Shown: piece after piece, positions 1 to 13,505 of the stretch | Layout of the letters: each line of letters opens with the position of its first letter | Numbering within the stretch: the stretch's first letter is position 1 | Assembly: GCA_032718475.1 (NCBI GenBank) | Contig: JAUCBJ010007838.1 | Location: forward strand, 1-59,304 | Source of the DNA: Nemertoderma westbladi | Taxonomy: Eukaryota; Animalia; Xenacoelomorpha | Length of the DNA: 59,304 nucleotides | Direction: 5' to 3' | Position numbers and translations under genes: made by a program | The notes under the pieces: generated by a model | What the model was told of the DNA's origin: nothing | What the model saw: the letters and a program-made list of their open reading frames with translations, nothing else | Database searches by the model: none

Positions 1-2385
1 TGCCAGTAAACTTATAGGCTCTAGCAAGTCCTTCCCAGTAAACTTATAGGCTCTAGCAAGTCCTTGCCAGTAAACTTATAGGCTCTAGCAAGTCCTTCCC
101 AGTAAAATTATAGGCTCTAGCAAGTCCTTACCAGTAAACTTATAGGCTCTAGCAAGTCCTTGCCAGTAAACTTATACGCTCTAGCAAGTCCTTACCAGTA
201 AACTTATAGGCTCTAGCAAGTCCTTGCCAGTAAACTTATACGCTCTAGCAAGTCCTTGCCAGTAAACTTATAGGCTCTAGCAAGTCCTTCCCAGTAAACT
301 TATAGGCTCTAGCAAGTCCTTGCCAGTAAACTTAGGCTCTAGGAAGTCCTTCCCAGTAAACTTATAGGCTCTAGCAAGTCCTTCCCAGTAAACTTATAGG
401 CTCTAGCAAGTCCTTGCCAGTAAACTTAGGCTCTAGCAAGTCCTTGCCAGTAAACTTATAGGCTCTAGCAAGTCCTTCCCAGTAAACTTATAGGCTCTAG
501 CAAGTCCTTCCCAGTAAACTTATAGGCTCTAGCAAGTCCTTCCCAGTAAAATTATACGCTATAGCAAGTCCTTCCCAGTAAACTTAGGCTCTAGCATTGC
601 CAGTAAACTTATGCTCTAGCAAGTCCTTACCAGTAAACTTATAGGCTCTAGCAAGTCCTTGCCAGTAAACTTATAGGCTCTAGCAAGTCCTTCCCAGTAA
701 ACTTATAGGCTCTAGCAAGTCCTTGCCAGTAAACTTAGGCTCTAGGAAGTCCTTCCCAGTAAACTTATAGGCTCTAGCAAGTCCTTCCCAGTAAACTTAT
801 AGGCTCTAGCAAGTCCTTGCCAGTAAACTTAGGCTCTAGCAAGTCCTTGCCAGTAAACTTATAGGCTCTAGCAAGTCCTTCCCAGTAAACTTATAGGCTC
901 TAGCAAGTCCTTCCCAGTAAACTTATAGGCTCTAGCAAGTCCTTCCCAGTAAACTTATAGGCTCTAGCAAGTCCTTCCCAGTAAACTTATAGGCTCTAGC
1001 AAGTCCTTCCCAGTAAACTTATAGGCTCTAGCAAGTCCTTGCCAGTAAACTTAGGCTCTAGCAAGTCCTTGCCAGTAAACTTATAGGCTCTAGCAAGTCC
1101 TTCCCAGTAAACTTATAGGCTCTAGCAAGTCCTTCCCAGTAAACTTATAGGCTCTAGCAAGTCCTTCCCAGTAAACTTAGGCTCTAGCATTGCCAGTAAA
1201 CTTAGGCTCTAGCATGTCCTTCCCAGTAAACTTATAGGCTCTAGCAAGTCCTTGCCAGTAAACTTATAGGCTCTAGCAAGTCCTTCCCAGTAAACTTATA
1301 GGCTCTAGCAAGTCCTTCCCAGTAAACTTAGGCTCTAGCATTGCCAGTAAACTTAGGCTCTAGCATGTCCTTCCCAGTAAACTTATAGGCTCTAGCAAGT
1401 CCTTCCCAGTAAACTTATAGGCTCTAGCAAGTCCTTCCCAGTAAACTTATAGGCTCTAGCAAGTCCTTGCCAGTAAACTTAGGCTCTAGCAAGTCCTTGC
1501 CAGTAAACTTATAGGCTCTAGCAAGTCCTTCCCAGTAAACTTATAGGCTCTAGCAAGTCCTTGCCAGTAAACTTATAGGCTCTAGCAAGTCCTTCCCAGT
1601 AAACTTATAGGCTCTAGCAAGTCCTTCCCAGTAAACTTAGGCTCTAGCATTGCCAGTAAACTTAGGCTCTAGCATGTCCTTCCCAGTAAACTTAGGCTCT
1701 AGCAAGTCCTTGCCAGTAAACTTATATGCTCTAGCAAGTCCTTCCCAGTAAACTTATATGGTCTAGCAAGTCCTTGCCAGTAAACTTATACGCTCTAGCA
1801 AGTCCTTCCCAGTAAACTTAGGCTCTAACATTGCCAGTAAACTTAGGCTCTAGCAAATCCTTGCCATTAAACTTAGGCTCTAGGAAGTCCTTTGCCAGTG
1901 AACTTATAGGCTCTAGCAAGTCATTGCCAGTAAACTTAGGCTCTAGCAAGTCCTTCCTAGTAAACTTATAGGCTCTAACAAGTCCTTGTCAGTAAACTTA
2001 TAGGCTCTAGCAAATCCTTGCCAGTAAACTTAGGCTCTAGCAAGTCCTTCCAAGTAAACATATAGGATCTAGCAAGTCCTTCCCAGTGAACTTATACGCT
2101 CTAGCAAGTCCTTCCCAGTCAACTTAAGCTCTAGCAAGTCATTGCCAGTAAACTTAGGCTCTAGCAAGTCCTTCCTAGTAAACTTATAGGCTCTAACAAG
2201 TCCTTGTCAGTAAACTTATAGGCTCTAGCAAATCCTTGCCAGTAAACTTAGGCTCTAGCAAGTCCTTCCAAGTAAACATATAGGATCTAGCAAGTCCTTC
2301 CCAGTGAACTTATACGCTCTAGCAAGTCCTTCCCAGTCAACTTAAGCTCTAGCAAGTCCTTGCCAGTAAACTTACATCTCTGCAA
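1..2385. repeat. 32-bp tandem satellite (CCAGTAAACTTATAGGCTCTAGCAAGTCCTT[C/G]), runs off the window start
   Basis: Direct periodicity (CCAG at 3 and 35). Contains 30-bp and shorter deletion variants and degenerates toward about 2400. Confidence 0.97.
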
Positions 2386-2721
2386 GTAAATTTATATACC
2401 TGCAAACTAGACTTACATACCTGCAATTTATCTTATATCAGTGCAAGTGAACTTAGGTCCCTACAATTAATACAATCTATATACAATATATGCTTATTAT
2501 GATACTTCAATAACTTCGAAAATTATCACGTAAAATGAACTGTTGTTGGTTCCCTGTAATGGGATAATTAGATATTAGTTAACATAATTGTATAATTTCT
2601 TCCTCCTTTTACTACAAATTACCAAACACTGGGGAGGGAGTTTTTATGTATATTTTATTTTTATTACAAAAAAATTGTCATTTTTATTAAGAACATAATC
2701 ACAATATTTGAATGAATATTT

Positions 2722-2931
2722 CCAATTTCAGTCCCCGGTTACCAATTTCAGTCACCAGTTACAAATTTCAGTCACTGGTTACCAATTTCAGTCGCCGTTT
2801 ACCAAAAAAAATAAGTTTTCGGTTATAAATTTCAGTCCCCAGTTACCAATTTCAGTCCCCGGTTACTAATTTCAGTTTCCAATCTCTATTTACCAATTCT
2901 ATTTCCGGTTACCAATTTCAGTCCCTAGTTA
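2722..2931. repeat. Short degenerate ~20-bp tandem repeat (CCAATTTCAGTCCCCGGTTA)
   Basis: Several imperfect copies are visible. Confidence 0.8.
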
Positions 2932-3097
2932 CCCAACCCCAGCTATAGTATATGGTTGCCCCGACCCTTCCACCCCTAAATACCAAGCCCCCCCCACCAC
3001 CAAAAAAATGTTTCATTTAACATATATTTACAATAACTAATTGTTGTGGAATACTGCATATATTATAATTGATGACTACTGATTCGTATGCATTGTT

Positions 3098-6000
3098 GAA
3101 AATTTTGCACATAATTTCAAGAAGAATGCACTTTAGTGCAAAGAATTATAATTTATATAATGTTCTCTGGTATCTCTGGTGTGTTCCAAAAGACCTCCAC
3201 TTCCACCAGCTTAGGGTTATGTGTTACTTTCACAAATAATAATACACAAGTAATATAAATTGGGGGGGTCTATGCGCCTGTCGATTTATACGAATCGACA
3301 GGCGCAACAAAAGTATTTGGAATATTATGCCCATGTATACTAATATATGTAAGCCTTCAAGTATAAACAAAACTGACCTTAACAAAATCAAGGTAGGCAT
3401 TTGTTATTTTCCATCAGCAACATGGGCTTTAACTTTTAACTTTACATGGGATTAGTAATACTGTAATATTCTAGAACAATACCACATGGCCAACGCCGTC
3501 GGCCATGCGCTCGCACGGCGCAAATGCTCCATTTGCGCTCTCCACCTGGATGGTTAGGCTGCCACTGGAGAGCCAAAGGCTCGACAGAGTCTTATGAGGA
3601 ATAAATAATGCAGCCTTTTTAACGGAACTTGAGAAACCAACATAAACACCAAAGTAAAACCTCATAAGATAGCATTATGGTGTACCCCCTGGGAAGTAGG
3701 CACTTTGCTTTGATCTTTTTTAGGTCGATTTTTAAAGGATTTTTCCAGGAGAACGGCGAAAGCTAGAACGATTCTGTTTGCGCGATCTGGTAGATAGCCC
3801 TAGCGCGATAGCTAGGAGTTTTTGTGGAAAAAATCTGTTAATTAATTAATTAGTAATTAGCGATTAAAGATTTCTAATTGATTTTTCTCGAAAAGTATTT
3901 GGTTTTTCCCCTAGCAACGGTGTTTTTTTTTGTTCATCTCGGTAAGATCTAAAAAAAGTTCAGTCATCGCTATGGCCCTCCTATTACTGTTAATTAGTAC
4001 TAATTAGCCGAAAACTAATTAGCATCGTAACTCGAAAACACTAAGAGCTATGAAAAAACGTAACATCACAAAGTTGTTCGGAATTTTATTCTACACAAAA
4101 AAGTCTCTGGCACCGATGCCGTATCTCCTACCGTTAATTAGTAATTAACTAATTACTTAATTACCTAATTGGCGGGGGGGCTTTGTCCCCCCCGCCCCCA
4201 AATCCTTATTCACAAGGTGTATCAAAGCGGTTTACTATTTTACAAATGATAATTACTCTAAAATCTTTTGAATCAAACTAATTAACGATTTTACTAATTA
4301 GTAAAGTTCCCCAAATTAATTAATAATTTATCCAATCCTGCTGCAATTAAATAAACTGCTGAGTCGTCAGCCTGGTTCAGCAAAAGTCAGTAGTTGGTAG
4401 TATGCTCCAAAAACTGTGTTCATACTACTGACCTATGCCGGTAGCTACTACCTAGCGTTGAGGCCTAGCTAAATCGCAGTCTGTCTGTAGTGCCCGGTGT
4501 AATCTGGGACTGCTATGGTACCGGTAGGCCTACGAGTTTGGCAGAGTTATGGAGGTTGTTTAGGCAGATAGGCCTACCGCTACCGGTAGTTAAAACATTC
4601 CAATTGGATGCCGACAGGACGAAGATCAGTCAGTCAGTCAAAACGTACTCCTTTGAATTTGGGTGAACAGACTGAATACAGGAATACCAGAATGACGGAG
4701 TTAGGAACATATACCCATGCTGCCAAGTACTCTAGCTTTATGAGATACCAGTACAGCAGTAACTGGCTGACAGGGTGCCGGTAGCTACTACCTAGCGCTG
4801 TCTGGCTGTAGGCCTAGCTAAATCGCAGTCTGTAGTGCCTGCTGCCTGGTGTACTCTGGGACTGCTATGGTACCGGCAGGCCTACAAGTTTGGCAGAGTT
4901 ATGCCAGTCGGGGAGAAGTTCAAATTTCAATTGAGTTCAAATTTAAAACTTTTTTTTTTAAATTCAACTTTTAAGTTGTAAATTCAACTCTAAAATGGCA
5001 AGAGGCGCAGAAGGCCCCCAAGACGTGACATAAGGGGTGTTTTTATTGTTTTTATGGATGTAACTCGAAAAATTAACCCTCATTACCGATGGAATAAAAA
5101 CTTTCACCGTCGGGAACACTTTTTTTAAAACATTTTAATTAATTACATTTGCAAATTAGCTTAAATACTATGGGAATTTATTAGATGTATTTAATTAGGC
5201 TACCGCTGAATGTCATAATTATTATACAATGGAATACCAGTAATGGATTCCAATTCCATATTTCAGTATTTCGAAAGCTACTCCAAAAGTTGAATTTTAA
5301 AAAAAAGTGGAATTTTAAACTCTAGGCAGCTAGGCCTACTCCAAAAGTTGAATTTTAATAAAAAGTTGAATTTTAAAAAATAAAGTTGAAATTTCAACTC
5401 AGTTGAAAATATAACTTCTCCCCGACTGTATAGAGGTTGTTTAGGCAGATAGGCGTACCGGCAGACCGGTAGTTAAAATGTTCCAATTGGATGCCGAATT
5501 GGTCAGTCAAAACGTACCCCTTTGAATTTGGGTGAACAGACTGAATACAGGAATACCGGAATGACGGAGTTAGGGACATATACCGGTACCCATGCTGCCA
5601 TGTACTCTAGCTTTATGAGATACAAGTAACTGGCTGACAGGTACGATATGATTGACATTACTACCATTGATACCATGGTTTGCAGGTTTGTGCCAAAAAA
5701 AAAACAAAAAAAACCTAAATTAACCCAAATCACACCAAATCTTAATTATTCTTCTAACAGCAACCCGGGCTATCTGACGATATGGATTTAGATCAATGAA
5801 GCAGATAGAGACCATTGAAGGGCATCTTATGCATGCAAAAGAAAATATGATCAGTCCCAAATCATGCAGTCAGACCTGATCTTTTGCTGATCAAATACCG
5901 GTAGGTTAACTTGCCGATATGCAGTAACATTTTACGGTACAATTTGATGCGAAAATGTTTTGGCCAGTACTCTGAACCTTCCATTGGGGTCCCAGGTCAC

Positions 6001-9000
6001 TCGCGTACCATGGTCACTGTATCTGGCACCTGATTTTCTGAAATTTTGCACATAATTTCAAGAAGAATTCACTTTAGTGCAAATAATTAATTATCATTTA
6101 TATAATGTTCTCTGGTATCTCTGGTGTCTTCCAAAAGAGCTCCACTTCCACCAGCTTAGGGTTATGTGATACTTCCACAAATAATAATACACAAGTAATA
6201 TAAATTGGGGGGGTCTATGCGCCTGTCGATTTATACGAATCGACAGGCGCAACAAAAGTATTTGGAATATTATGCCCATGTATACTAATATATGTAAGCC
6301 TTCAAGTATAAACGAAACTGACCTTAACAAAATCAAGGTAGGCATTTGTTATTTTCCATCAGCAACATGGGCTTTAACTTTTACCTTTGCATGGGATTAA
6401 TAATACTGTAATATTCTAGAACAATACCACATGGCCAACGCCGTCGGCCATGCACTCGCACGGCGCAAATGCTCTATTTGCGCTCTCCACCTAGATGGTC
6501 TGGCTGCAACCGGAGAGCCCGAGGCTCGACAGAGAATTATGAGGTATAGATACTGCAGCCTATTTAACGGAACATAGAAACCAACATCAACACCAACTTC
6601 AAACCTCATAATTTAACGGTCTAGTATCACTCCCTGAGAAGTAGGCATTTTGCTTTGATCTTTTTTAGGTGGATCTTTAAATGATTTTTCCAGGAGAACG
6701 GCGAAAGCTAGAACGATTCTGTTTGCGCGATCTGGTAGATGGCCCTAGCGCGCTAGCTAGGAGTTTTTGTGGAAAAAATCTGTTAATTAATTAATTAGTA
6801 ATTAGCGATTAAAGATTTCTAATTGATTTTTCTCGAAAAGTATTTGATTTTTCCCCTAGCAACGGTGTTTTTTTTTGTTCATCTCGGTAAGATCTAAAAA
6901 AAGTTCAGTCATCGCTATGGCCCTCCTATTACTGTTAATTAGTACTAATTAGCCGAAAACTAATTAGCGTCGTAACTCGAAAACACTAAGAGCTATGAAA
7001 AAACGTAACATCACAAAGTTGTTCGGAATTTTATTCTACACAAAAAAGTCTCTGGCGCCGATGCCGTATCTCCTACCGTTAATTAGTAATTAACTAATTA
7101 CTTAATTACCTAATTGGCGGGGGGGCTTTGTCCCCCCCGCCCCCAAATCCTTATTCACAAGGTGTATCAAAGCGGTTTACTATTTTACAAATGATAATTA
7201 TTCTAAAATCTTTTGAATCGAACTAATTAACGATTTTACTTATTTATTAAATTTCCCAAATTAATTAATAATTTATCCAATCCGGCTGCAATTAATTAAA
7301 CAGCTGAGTCGTCAGCCTGGTTTGATGAACTTGATGAAATCATAAAGTCAGTAGTTGCTGTATGCCATTACTGACTAAAACTATATACCAAGCACCTCTT
7401 GCCGGTAGCTATCTCCACAGTCTGTAGTGAGCACCGGTGCAGGTATGGTAGGCCTACATGTATGGCATATTTAGTGGAGGTTCTTTTGGCAGATAGGCCT
7501 AGTCAAAACGTTACATCAGATGCCGTATTTTAGTCAAAACGTACCCTATCTTCATATAGTTGAGTATTGTCAATACAGGAATATCCAAGTACTGGGTACT
7601 CCTGTACTTAGTATACCCATCTGCCCATGTACAGTAACTGGCTGATAGTTACCCTTAGTTTGTAGGCTATAGATGATTGACGTTTCTAGCAATGTTCTTA
7701 ACGTTGGGATTTTACTGGAAGTTATTAATACCATAGTTTACCCCAAAAAAACTAAAATTACCCAAATCGCACCAAATCAAAATAAATCTTATAACAGCAA
7801 CACGGGCTATCTGACGATATGGATTAGATCAATGTAGCGGATAGTGACCATTGAAGGGCTTCTTATGCATGCAAAGGAAAATATGATCAGACCCAAATCA
7901 TACAGTCAGACCTGATCTTTTGCTGATCAAATACCGGTAGGTGACTTTGCTGATATGCAGTAACATTTTACGGTACAATTTGATGCGAAAATGTTTTGGC
8001 CAGTACTCTGAACCTTCCATTGGGGTCTCAGGTCATGCGCGTACCGTGGTCACTGTATCTGGCACCTGATTGGCTCAAATATTCAAACGCTGAAAACTTA
8101 CCTAGGCCTTGACAATTAGTGATAAGATTTTATGCGAATATGTTTTGGATGGTGTTCTGAATCTCGCGTTGAGGTCCCAAGTCACCCCCATACCGTGGTC
8201 ATCAGATACGGCGCCTGATTGGCTAATGCTTTGAACGACGATAACTCGAGTTTGCTTCACTTTGGGATGAAGTTTGAAAGCTAAGAATATTCTCTGGAGT
8301 ATGCCCTAACTCACTGACGATGTTTTATAGCTGTTGGATTGTCGGGTTTTGCTACGTGGTCTATGATTGGTTAATTTTTTGAAAGGCTATATCTCAAGAA
8401 GTATTCACTTTGGAATGATGAAGTTTATTTTAAATGTTCTCTAGAGTGTTTCCGATCCTACTAAAGACATCCAATTGCTGTATGACTACCGGTTTCACGC
8501 TTTTGATTGTTTGAATATGCATGAAAATTTTGCATATAATATATCAAGAAGAATTAATTTTTGCACAAAGGAAATAATACTTACAATGCTCTCTGACATG
8601 TCTGGTGTATTTTAAAATCACTGGGGTTGAACAATTGTAATTGGAATACACCTTCATGGGTTTTCTTTATGATTTTAGAGCTTTAAAAGTTCAATATTAA
8701 ATTTTTTATTAAATAATTATTTTTGTGTTATTTGTTAATATGAGTATATTTCTGTATTTGCTGGTATTATATTTTGGGTGTTTTTTTGTTATTAGTTTTG
8801 GTATTAATTATTTTTTATTAATCCAGGGAATATCCCTATTAACTTTGGGTCCTCACTCGTTAATTCAGGGACCACCCTCGATAGCTCTGGGTCCACCCTC
8901 GTCTCGTTAATTCAGAACCACCTTTGTCAATTCAACAAATTTGAATAATTTTTTTTATTAGGTTTTCCAAGGTGCTGAATTAATTGATTGAAGATGGTTT

Positions 9001-9570
9001 TAAATGGCCTGCTTTTATTGTAATTCCATTTCGTGTGATGTGCTTCGTGCCACAAATTTTTGAAGTATAAATAATAATTTAATAATATGGTAGGCCTACA
9101 TGTAGGGCAGATATAGTGGAGGTTCTTTTGGCAGATAGGCCTAGTCAAAACGTTACATCAGATGCAGAATTTTAGTCAAAACGTACCCTATCTTCATATA
9201 TGGTAGTTGAATATTGAGAATACAGGAATACCCAAGTACTTCTGTAGGCCTACTAATGTACATGCGCAAGTAATATAAATTGGGGGGGTCTATGCGCCTG
9301 TCGATTCATACGAATCGACAGGCGCAACAATAGTATTTGGAATATTATGCCCATGTATACTTATATATGTAAGCCTTCAAGTATAAACAAAACTGACCTT
9401 AACAAAATCAAGGTAGGCATTTGTTATTTTCCATCAGCAATATGGGCTTTAACTTTTAACTTTACATGGGATTAATAATACTGTAATATTCTAGAACAAT
9501 ACCACATGGCCAACGCCGTCGGCCATGCGCTCGCATGGCGCAAATGCTCCATTTGCGCTCTCCACCTGGA
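3098..9570. repeat. Head-to-tail ~2.9-3.1 kb duplication (two long units plus a partial third), probably a non-autonomous mobile element array
   Basis: The block CAAGTAATATAAATTGGGGGGGTCTATGCGCCTGTCGATT..AATCGACAGGCGCA occurs at 3247, 6192 and 9267. 3700-4370 is nearly identical to 6640-7320. No credible ORF. Confidence 0.85.
4905..5428. mobile_element. Tc1/mariner-type MITE
   Basis: TIRs CAGTCGGGGAGAAGTT / AACTTCTCCCCGACTG, followed by TA. It interrupts the sequence GCAGAGTTATGGAGGTTG that is intact in the paralogous copy at about 4541. Confidence 0.8.
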
Positions 9571-9789
9571 TTACGGTATTGTAAAACGGTATTGCATTAC
9601 GGAATATTAATGAGATTCATATTAATTTAAGCAATAATTGCAGGTATACTAGAAACTGTAAGGTAAACCATATTTTATTATTTTAAACTCAATAATCTTT
9701 CTTGAATAAGTTTCTTGTTACTAAGCTGTTCATTAAAAGTAAAATTAAGTTAGCTGTGGAAAATGAGACACGTAACAGAAGAGGCAACC

Positions 9790-10027
9790 GTAAGCTTTCG
9801 TCTCTCTTGGCTGTTACATATTAGGAAGGGAGGACAACACACTAACTCCAAAGGTTGAACAGTTCGTTACTATCCGACACCTTTATCTACTCACCCAGGA
9901 GTTCCCAGGTTCCCATATCACCGAGTTGACGCTTCTTTACGAATTCCAAACTGGTTCGGTGTAGGATAGAACCCGAGACCTCCCAGTTAGAAACAAAGTG
10001 GTGATCACTCTACAAGCTCATCTCCTC
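9790..10027 (-). mobile_element. tRNA-derived SINE-like element
   Basis: Minus-strand B-box-like GGTTCTATCC. The 3' segment TCTCTTGGCTGTTAC..CACACTA is shared with the element at 12148. Confidence 0.5.
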
Positions 10028-10375
10028 AACGATTATAGAATTAAAAAGTTGTTGATTTATTTGCAGCGCTCCGACCTTATAGGCCGCAACGCAGTAAAGT
10101 GGCCCTTTTCAGAGTTGCGTGTATATATATACAGGGTGCTAATAACTTGGTCAAATAAAGTTAGTAAAGTTGTTCCTATGCGACAGCAGAAGGAAGAGTG
10201 GTTTCGTCAGGTTTATCTTTTCGTGTGTAGTACAGTAGTTACTGAACTCCGTAACTTCTTAATTCTGTAACACTAGTAAACGTGCACGTAATACAGAGTG
10301 GATTTGTGTTATACAATACAGTTAGTAAACAACATTACATTTCAGCACCCCTTTTTGGCTTATAATATGTTACAG

Positions 10376-10471
10376 GATCGACAATTTCTTGAGAGACAAC
10401 AACAGGGGGAATAATATTCTACCACGTCATCATCCAGAACGCGGTAGGATCTACTGTGAAACCACCCACAG
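10376..10471 (+). CDS. CFAP95: Internal exon of a CFAP95/C9orf135-like ciliary protein (IDNFLRDNNRGNNILPRHHPERGRIYCETTHR)
   Basis: Splice sites TTACAG| and |GTTGGT. The phase-2 join to the exon at 11290 is in frame. LPRH..TT..DY.PP resembles the CFAP95 motif FPRHPP..TTYSEDYVPP, recalled from memory. Confidence 0.6.
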
Positions 10472-10863
10472 GTTGGTTAATTATGTGAATTAATAATTTA
10501 ATTAATTAATAACTTAACTTAATTACAGTATTCGAAAACACCCATTTGTTGGTTAATAAACTAGATTAATACGATTAATCGATTAATCCTCTTTCAACGC
10601 GCCATACCGAAAGTTTTTCTAACTGTGTGTGAACGATATATAACAGAAGTATTTTGTTGATATTTATTTTCCTTCTGTAATAAAATCATACTATAAGATA
10701 GGCCTATTTGTTTTTTATGATTTCAGAGTGTGTGACTTACTGTATATTGGAGAGTAACTTAATACGCGTTAGCCCTCTAGCGTACTGATTTAATTAGCCC
10801 TGTTTCTGATTGGACCACCTAAAGTATTATAGCTATTATTATCGTTGAGTGTGCCAGTAGGCC

Positions 10864-11262
10864 TATGTGTATCTGTACCGCCATATGTGTACCTCCAATG
10901 TATGTCACCCACCACCATTTTTGTCCCACCTACAGTACCTCTAAGTGCCATCATGTATGTACAAGCATGTGTACCACAGGTTGTGTACCACTATATGTAC
11001 CACGGCATGTGTGTACCACTTATAATGATATGCCATTACGTATGTACCACCATGTGTACCACCGTCTGTGTATATCCATGTGTGTGTATCACCATATGGG
11101 TACACATTGTGGTACAGTACACATGGTTATACGCAGATGTGGGTACCACCGTCTATGTATATCCATGTGTACTGTACCACAATGTGTACCACCGTCTGTG
11201 TATAACCATGTGTGTGTACCACCACGAATAAAGCTATGGGAGTACCACCATATGTACCACCG
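10864..11262. repeat. Degenerate ATGTGTACCAC-type low-complexity tandem repeat (intronic)
   Basis: Repeated TGTGTACCAC words. Explains the Cys/Val/His-rich ORFs starting at 10845 and 10865. Confidence 0.75.
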
Positions 11263-11289
11263 ACCGCTTTTTAATATATTTGTGATTAG

Positions 11290-11459
11290 ATTCGATTACA
11301 GACCACCAGTTGGTTGGGACCCCGAAGCGAGCAAACTTATCGAAGAGAAGAAACGAGAGGAACATGATAGAAAGATGGAAGAATTTCACCAGCTGGCCAC
11401 CGCCGCCAATAAAAAACTGCAAAGTCAGTTTACTGACACTTCGGATTACCGAAGACATG
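11290..11459 (+). CDS. CFAP95: Internal exon of a CFAP95-like gene (FDYRPPVGW...KKLQSQFTDTSDYRRHG)
   Basis: ATTAG| acceptor and |GTAAGG donor. SQFTD..RHG matches the CFAP95 motif RKCRSQFTD..KRFG, recalled from memory. Flanking exons were not located. Confidence 0.65.
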
Positions 11460-12147
11460 GTAAGGCAAAAAGTAGAGATACTATTACTATTGGCATGCTG
11501 CATTGCAGCTGCATAATATCTATATACAGTATATCCTTACATATTAAGAAAGCTGCCGGCTTGTCTGAAAAATTGCGCCGCCACGAATCCCTATCACCCA
11601 TGACATGACACCTTTGAGAGGCGTCACGAGAAATTCATGGTCTGTCCACCATGCTTATTCACTCCATTCCGCCAAAGCACAAAATTATTGACTGGCATGT
11701 CCTCAAGGCGAAAACAATGTCCTGTAAAGCGGAGGCGGCACCATTCAAGTGTCAGCTGGGGCGACTAATGAGACACCTCCTTTGATATACAGTTTTCGAT
11801 TGGAGATGTATTCGTACTATGACAGAATGAACCCGGGGTAGCATTTTTGTATTAGTGCCATCCATAGATTTGGTGATGGTGACCTTAGCAGTTAGAGCCC
11901 ATCTTGATTCCACTCAAACGGAGATGTAACCGGTACGTTGCAAACTTGTCTCGCGTCCAATCTCCGCCAGATAATGAAACGGTGACATGTGCTATGACTC
12001 CCGTTTATTATTTTGGTTATAATTACATGCCACTGCGACCTGTTTCTTTATACCCTTCATTGGTGATTGTCGGGAAAAGATTAAAAGTAAAATAAAGTTA
12101 TCGGTGAAGATGTGAAACAGAACACTCTGCAAATCACGGACAAGGCT

Positions 12148-12445
12148 TCTTTCTCTTGGCTGTTACCCGTAAGGCAGGTGTGGGGGGGGGGAGGCACACT
12201 AGCTCCCATGGATGAAAATCTATAGCTCTACAACCATTTATATATAACACACTGAACAGAAACCAGGTTCCCCTACCGCCCTGGGCCTACCGCTCTGTTT
12301 GCGCAAAAACTAATGTCTTACTGTATAAGTGTCTAACTTAGGGAAACAATAATGCGAGATTTTGACAACTATTAGGCGGATTCGAACCTGCGCCGCCAAA
12401 TGCGATTAATTGGGAAACGGATCTGCGCTGTATCAACTCGGACTC
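12148..12445 (-). mobile_element. tRNA(Leu/Ser-like)-headed SINE-like element
   Basis: The minus strand reads ..GTCCGAGTTG..GCGCAGGTTCGAATCCGCC (A/B boxes, long variable arm). The 3' part is shared with the 9790 element. Confidence 0.55.
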
Positions 12446-13431
12446 TGCGAGATTGAGGGAGGATTGCACAAAGCCATGTAACAACCAGTTATTACAGTAG
12501 TAGGTTGTGAGTGTTCAGTTTGGTGTGATCCGTAGATTGAGTGACAAGTGTCGGTTTTTGAGAGATATAAACGAACTTACAGTACAAAACTGATACCTAT
12601 TAAACACGGAGCATCACGATCCCAGCTCATCCCCCAATTATTGTTAAAAGCTTCCCATTATTATTATCAAGATATTCCAGTTCAAAATCGTACATATGTA
12701 GTTGAGTCGCCACTAACAAATATTAAATTGACAAGGTTGGGTGGAGACAAATTAGAAGGACAAAGTTGGTACATCAATTCTGGGGCACAGGTCCTCAATC
12801 TGGAAGATTCCAAGTGTAAAAGGTTGAGCAATTTGTTCTAGAACATTTAATTTATTATTTTATAGAATATAACATTTGATACAACATTACTTATTATTTT
12901 ATTGGAACATATTTTAGTTAATTAATTATAATTGAACGTTAATTATTTGAGAAAATTTCCTCAATGAGGAATATAATTTACTACTTTACCACTACCGACA
13001 GCTTTCAAACTAGCGAAAACAGCGTTTGAAAATTGTTATTTTATTTGCTATATCAAGTTAAGCTTCCCTGTGTTTGTACCGATACGCTATAGATACTGTA
13101 CGCCAGGTTGTTATACTCGATGGAGAGGGCGCAGTGGTGGTGCGGCTAATGTCGCGTTACGGCTAATTGTCGCGTTACGGCTAATCTATTGTCTTGGTTT
13201 TACATAGGGAATCATTATCAATATTATTCTATGGTGTTTACGTACAGATGAGAAAGGTTCGAAAAATGTAATGTAATAATGTTTTACAGCATGGGAGTGT
13301 CCAGACAACATATGCCACTTCGAGAGTTTATGATCGATTACCATGATGGTATTGGCAGATGGGAGGCCATGAGGAGGTAAATTGCGGACACACAAGGTAT
13401 CAGATAGTATTTCCAGGTCTATCTTTTACCT

Positions 13432-13505
13432 GAGCCGCTAGCTGAATGGTTAGAGCGTCAGACTTCCAACACGGGGGTCACCAATTCGATCCCAGCTAGA
13501 CGTCA
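13432..13505 (+). other. Degenerate tRNA-like sequence (SINE head or pseudo-tRNA)
   Basis: TAGCTGAATGGTTAGAGC A-box/D-arm and TTCGATCCC T-loop. The acceptor and anticodon stems do not pair. Confidence 0.5.

Noticed and set aside
1-2385. CRISPR-like 32-bp repeat
   Set aside because: No spacers; an ordinary satellite.
10845-11608. 247-aa and 128-aa ORFs as whole proteins
   Set aside because: Mostly low-complexity intronic repeat. Only 11290-11459 behaves as an exon.
12548-12841. 97-aa ORF as a gene or the missing last CFAP95 exon
   Set aside because: No recognisable motif and no NTW..E.G.Y-type sequence expected for the next exon.
13432-13505. Functional tRNA gene
   Set aside because: Acceptor, anticodon and T stems do not pair; treated as a SINE head or pseudogene.
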